In this document: positions 29,531 through 32,000 of the stretch, in pieces
How positions within the stretch are numbered: the first letter of the stretch is position 1
How the letters are laid out: each line of letters begins with the position of its first letter
NCBI GenBank assembly: GCA_942493095.1
Contig: OW818675.1
Coordinates: 2,040,001-2,072,000, forward strand
From: Candidatus Electronema halotolerans
GTDB taxonomy: Bacteria; Desulfobacterota; Desulfobulbia; Desulfobulbales; Desulfobulbaceae
Reading direction: 5' to 3'
DNA length: 32,000 bases
Position numbers and translations under genes: made by a program
Notes under the pieces: generated by a model
What the model saw: only the letters and a program-made list of their open reading frames with translations
The model's database searches: none
Told to the model about the DNA's origin: nothing

Positions 29531-29818
29531 ATGCGGCTGAAGTTTGAATGGGATGAAAATAAAAATGCGGTCAATATTCGCAAGCACAAGATTGACTTCG
29601 AGGACATTCCAGAACTTTTTCAAAAGCCGATGCTTATTGATTATGATGGCAGGCAGAATTACGGTGAAGAACGTTGGCTTGGAATAGGGTTGCTGCATAA
29701 CGTGGCAGTAGCTGTGGTATTTACAGAACGCGGTGAAAGCACAATTCGAATAATTTCAGCACGAAAAGCAACAAAAGAAGAGCGGCGGCAATATGACGAA
29801 AGAATCTTCCAAAACTGA
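29531..29818 (+). CDS. brnT: BrnT-family toxin
   Basis: MRLKFEWDENKNAVNIRKHKIDFEDIPELFQ...RWLGIGLLHNVAVAVVFTERGESTIRIISARKATKEERRQY. Confidence 0.94.
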   Translation: MRLKFEWDENKNAVNIRKHKIDFEDIPELFQKPMLIDYDGRQNYGEERWLGIGLLHNVAVAVVFTERGESTIRIISARKATKEERRQYDERIFQN

Positions 29819-30065
29819 CTGGGCAGCTCTGGAAAACATGACAGATGCGGAAATAGATTTTTCTGATATTTCACGTCTGCCAAAGGCATTTTTTGAACGA
29901 GCTGAACTATGGCAGCCGAAAAATAAAGTGAATGTCACAGTGGCAATAGACGAGGACCTGCTGCAATGGTTTAAAGCAGCAAGCGATGACTGGGAAGGAA
30001 GAATGCAGGCCGCATTACGTCTGTATGTTGAAACACATAAGGCATTCAGTTCCACACGCCCATGA
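29793..30065 (+). CDS. brnA: BrnA-family antitoxin
   Basis: TDWAALENMTDAEIDFSDI...VNVTVAIDEDLLQWFKAASDDWEGRMQAALRLYVETH. It overlaps the brnT end and its TGA overlaps the pheT ATG. Confidence 0.92.
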   Translation: MTKESSKTDWAALENMTDAEIDFSDISRLPKAFFERAELWQPKNKVNVTVAIDEDLLQWFKAASDDWEGRMQAALRLYVETHKAFSSTRP

Positions 30066-32000
30066 AATTCACCCTGATTTGGCTTGGCCAATATATTTCT
30101 CTTAACGGCCTGTCCGCAGCACAGCTTGCCGACCGCCTGACCATGCTCGGCTTGGAGGTGGAAGCGGTGCAGAAGCTGTACGCCGGGCTGGAGGCGGTCA
30201 AGACCGCAAAAGTTCTGTCCGTGCAGAAGCATCCTAATGCTGACCGGCTGACCTTGTGCGACGTGGAGGTCGGCGGGCAAATCCTGCCTGTTGTCTGCGG
30301 CGCGCCCAATGTCCGAGCTGGATTAGTGACCGCCATTGCCCTGCCCGGCGCAAAGCTGCCTGACGGCCTGACGATCAAAAAAGCCAAGGTGCGCGGCCAA
30401 GTTTCCGAGGGAATGCTTTGCTCGTGGAAAGAACTGGGCATCAGCGAGGCCAGCTCCGGCATTGTTGAGCTGGATGCCGCCTTGGCATCCGGCCAACCCC
30501 TGCGCGAGGCTCTCGGCCTGCACGACACGATGGTCGAAGTTGATCTCACGCCGAATCGGGCCGACTGCGCCAGTGTGCTGGGCATTGCCCGCGAAGTGAG
30601 CGGAGTTACAGGCCAGCAGGTCTGCCGTCCTGTAACAACCTTGCCCGATTTGTCTCAACCTGCTGAATTCACGGTTGCTATTGACGAGCCGCAGCTCTGT
30701 CCTCGCTATGCGGCCCGCAGACTGACTGACGCGACGATCAAGCCGTCGCCGTGGTGGCTCCAGCGGCTGCTCTTGGCAGTTGGAATGCGTCCGATCAACA
30801 ACATTGTTGACATCACCAACTTTGTCATGCTGGAGTATGGCCAGCCGCTTCATGCCTTTGATTATGCGAAGATTGCAGGCAAAGGCATTGTGGTTCGGCA
30901 GCCCAAGGCGGATGAGAGCAAGTTCACCACCTTGGACGGCAGCGAGCGCAGTCTTGAGCCGGACATGCTCCTGATTTGTGATCAGGAAAAGCCGGTGGCA
31001 ATGGCCGGGGTCATGGGCGGTCTCAATTCCGAGGTGACAGATGGAACCACGGATATTCTCCTCGAATCGGCCTGCTTTGATCCGGTTTCCATCCGCCGCA
31101 CCGCCCGCCGGCTCAATCTCGCCTCAGAGGCATCCTACCGCTTTGAGCGCGGTGTCAACCCGGACGGCGTGACCGAGGCTCTGGAACGTGCTGCGCAGCT
31201 TATCTGTGAGCTGGCTGGAGCGCAGGCTGCGGACGGCGTTGATTTGTATCCCGGCAAAAAAAAGCTGCTTCAGCTTGAACTGCGGGTGCAGCGGGTCAAC
31301 AACTTGCTCGGCACTGATCTCAGCAGTGGGCAGGTTGCCGCCTGTCTGCGCGGGATTGAATTTGCTGTGGAAGAAGACGGCGAATTGCTGCGCGTGACTG
31401 TGCCAGCCTTCCGCATTGACATTGAACGCGAAGCTGATTTGATCGAGGAAGTGGCCCGCTTGGTCGGCTACAACGAGATTCCGGTCACGCTGCCCAAGAT
31501 GGCAATGGACTGCCCGCAGCCTGCACCGCTCCGCCAACTCCGCAAAAAGATTGCGGCGGCAATGACCGGCCTCGGCTTTTACGAGGCAGTCAATTACTCC
31601 TTTGTCAGCAAAAAGCATAACGACTGGCTCAACTTGGCTGCTGCTGATTCCCGCAGGCAGCAGGTGGAGCTGCTCAATCCTCTCAGTGAAGATCAGGCCG
31701 TGCTGCGCACCATGCTCCTGTCCGGCCTCTTGGACAATGTCCGCCGCAACATCAGCTTTCAGCAGACCGATGTCCGCCTTTTTGAGGTGGGCAAAGTCTT
31801 CGCCTTCACCGCTCCGGGCCAGCAGCCTGTTGAGCGGCACCAGCTCTGCGCCGTGATCAGCGGCAGCCGTTATCCAGAGGCCAGCCCGCTCTATTTTTCC
31901 AGCCAAGAGAGTGATATCTTCGACCTGAAAGGTGCAATGCAGGCTTTGCTTCGGGAACTGCGGCTGGAAGCAGCAGTCAGTTTCGCAGCTTCAGAAGGTC
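30062..32000 (+). CDS. pheT: Phenylalanyl-tRNA synthetase beta subunit (partial, runs off the right edge)
   Basis: MKFTLIWLGQYISLNGLSAAQLADRLTMLGLEVEAVQKLYAGLEAVKTAKVLSVQKHPNADRLTLCDVEVGG...VVCGAPNVRAG... open to the window end. Confidence 0.97.
   Translation, partial: MKFTLIWLGQYISLNGLSAAQLADRLTMLGLEVEAVQKLYAGLEAVKTAKVLSVQKHPNADRLTLCDVEVGGQILPVVCGAPNVRAGLVTAIALPGAKLPDGLTIKKAKVRGQVSEGMLCSWKELGISEASSGIVELDAALASGQPLREALGLHDTMVEVDLTPNRADCASVLGIAREVSGVTGQQVCRPVTTLPDLSQPAEFTVAIDEPQLCPRYAARRLTDATIKPSPWWLQRLLLAVGMRPINNIVDITNFVMLEYGQPLHAFDYAKIAGKGIVVRQPKADESKFTTLDGSERSLEPDMLLICDQEKPVAMAGVMGGLNSEVTDGTTDILLESACFDPVSIRRTARRLNLASEASYRFERGVNPDGVTEALERAAQLICELAGAQAADGVDLYPGKKKLLQLELRVQRVNNLLGTDLSSGQVAACLRGIEFAVEEDGELLRVTVPAFRIDIEREADLIEEVARLVGYNEIPVTLPKMAMDCPQPAPLRQLRKKIAAAMTGLGFYEAVNYSFVSKKHNDWLNLAAADSRRQQVELLNPLSEDQAVLRTMLLSGLLDNVRRNISFQQTDVRLFEVGKVFAFTAPGQQPVERHQLCAVISGSRYPEASPLYFSSQESDIFDLKGAMQALLRELRLEAAVSFAASEG

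Overview
This 32 kb window looks like a chromosomal segment from a GC-moderate deltaproteobacterial or Desulfobulbales-like bacterium (lineage is inferred from gene content only). It is mostly housekeeping genes: an AmpG-like MFS transporter (partial), cysS, a MEMO1-family protein, an exported truncated hemoglobin, cobyrinate a,c-diamide synthase, ilvD, a PIN/NYN protein, a HesB/IscA-like protein, ligA, a tautomerase, lpxI-lpxA-fabZ, cbiD, an M48 lipoprotein protease, SRP RNA, tRNA-Ser(GGA), tadA, a purB-like lyase, tRNA-Val(GAC), thrS-infC-rpmI-rplT-pheS and pheT (partial). Accessory DNA interrupts this in several places. (1) Two adjacent secreted DUF1566/Lcl_C-type proteins (1244 aa and about 173 aa) end in paralogous 25-codon blocks. 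These blocks differ at 15 codons, only at codon positions 1 and 2, and nearly all invariant codons lack adenine. They are followed by an almost identical GC-rich 3' segment. This is the signature expected of diversity-generating retroelement (DGR) variable repeats, but no reverse transcriptase or template repeat is visible here. (2) A complete IS630-type element with TA target duplication and a split transposase interrupts a small antitoxin-like gene. (3) ilvD and a convergent PIN/NYN gene both lose their C-termini at the same point, near 7165-7190. (4) A toxin-antitoxin hotspot lies between pheS and pheT, with an orphan antitoxin plus decayed VapC-like toxin, then BrnT/BrnA, flanked by a partial duplicate of the pheT 5' end.
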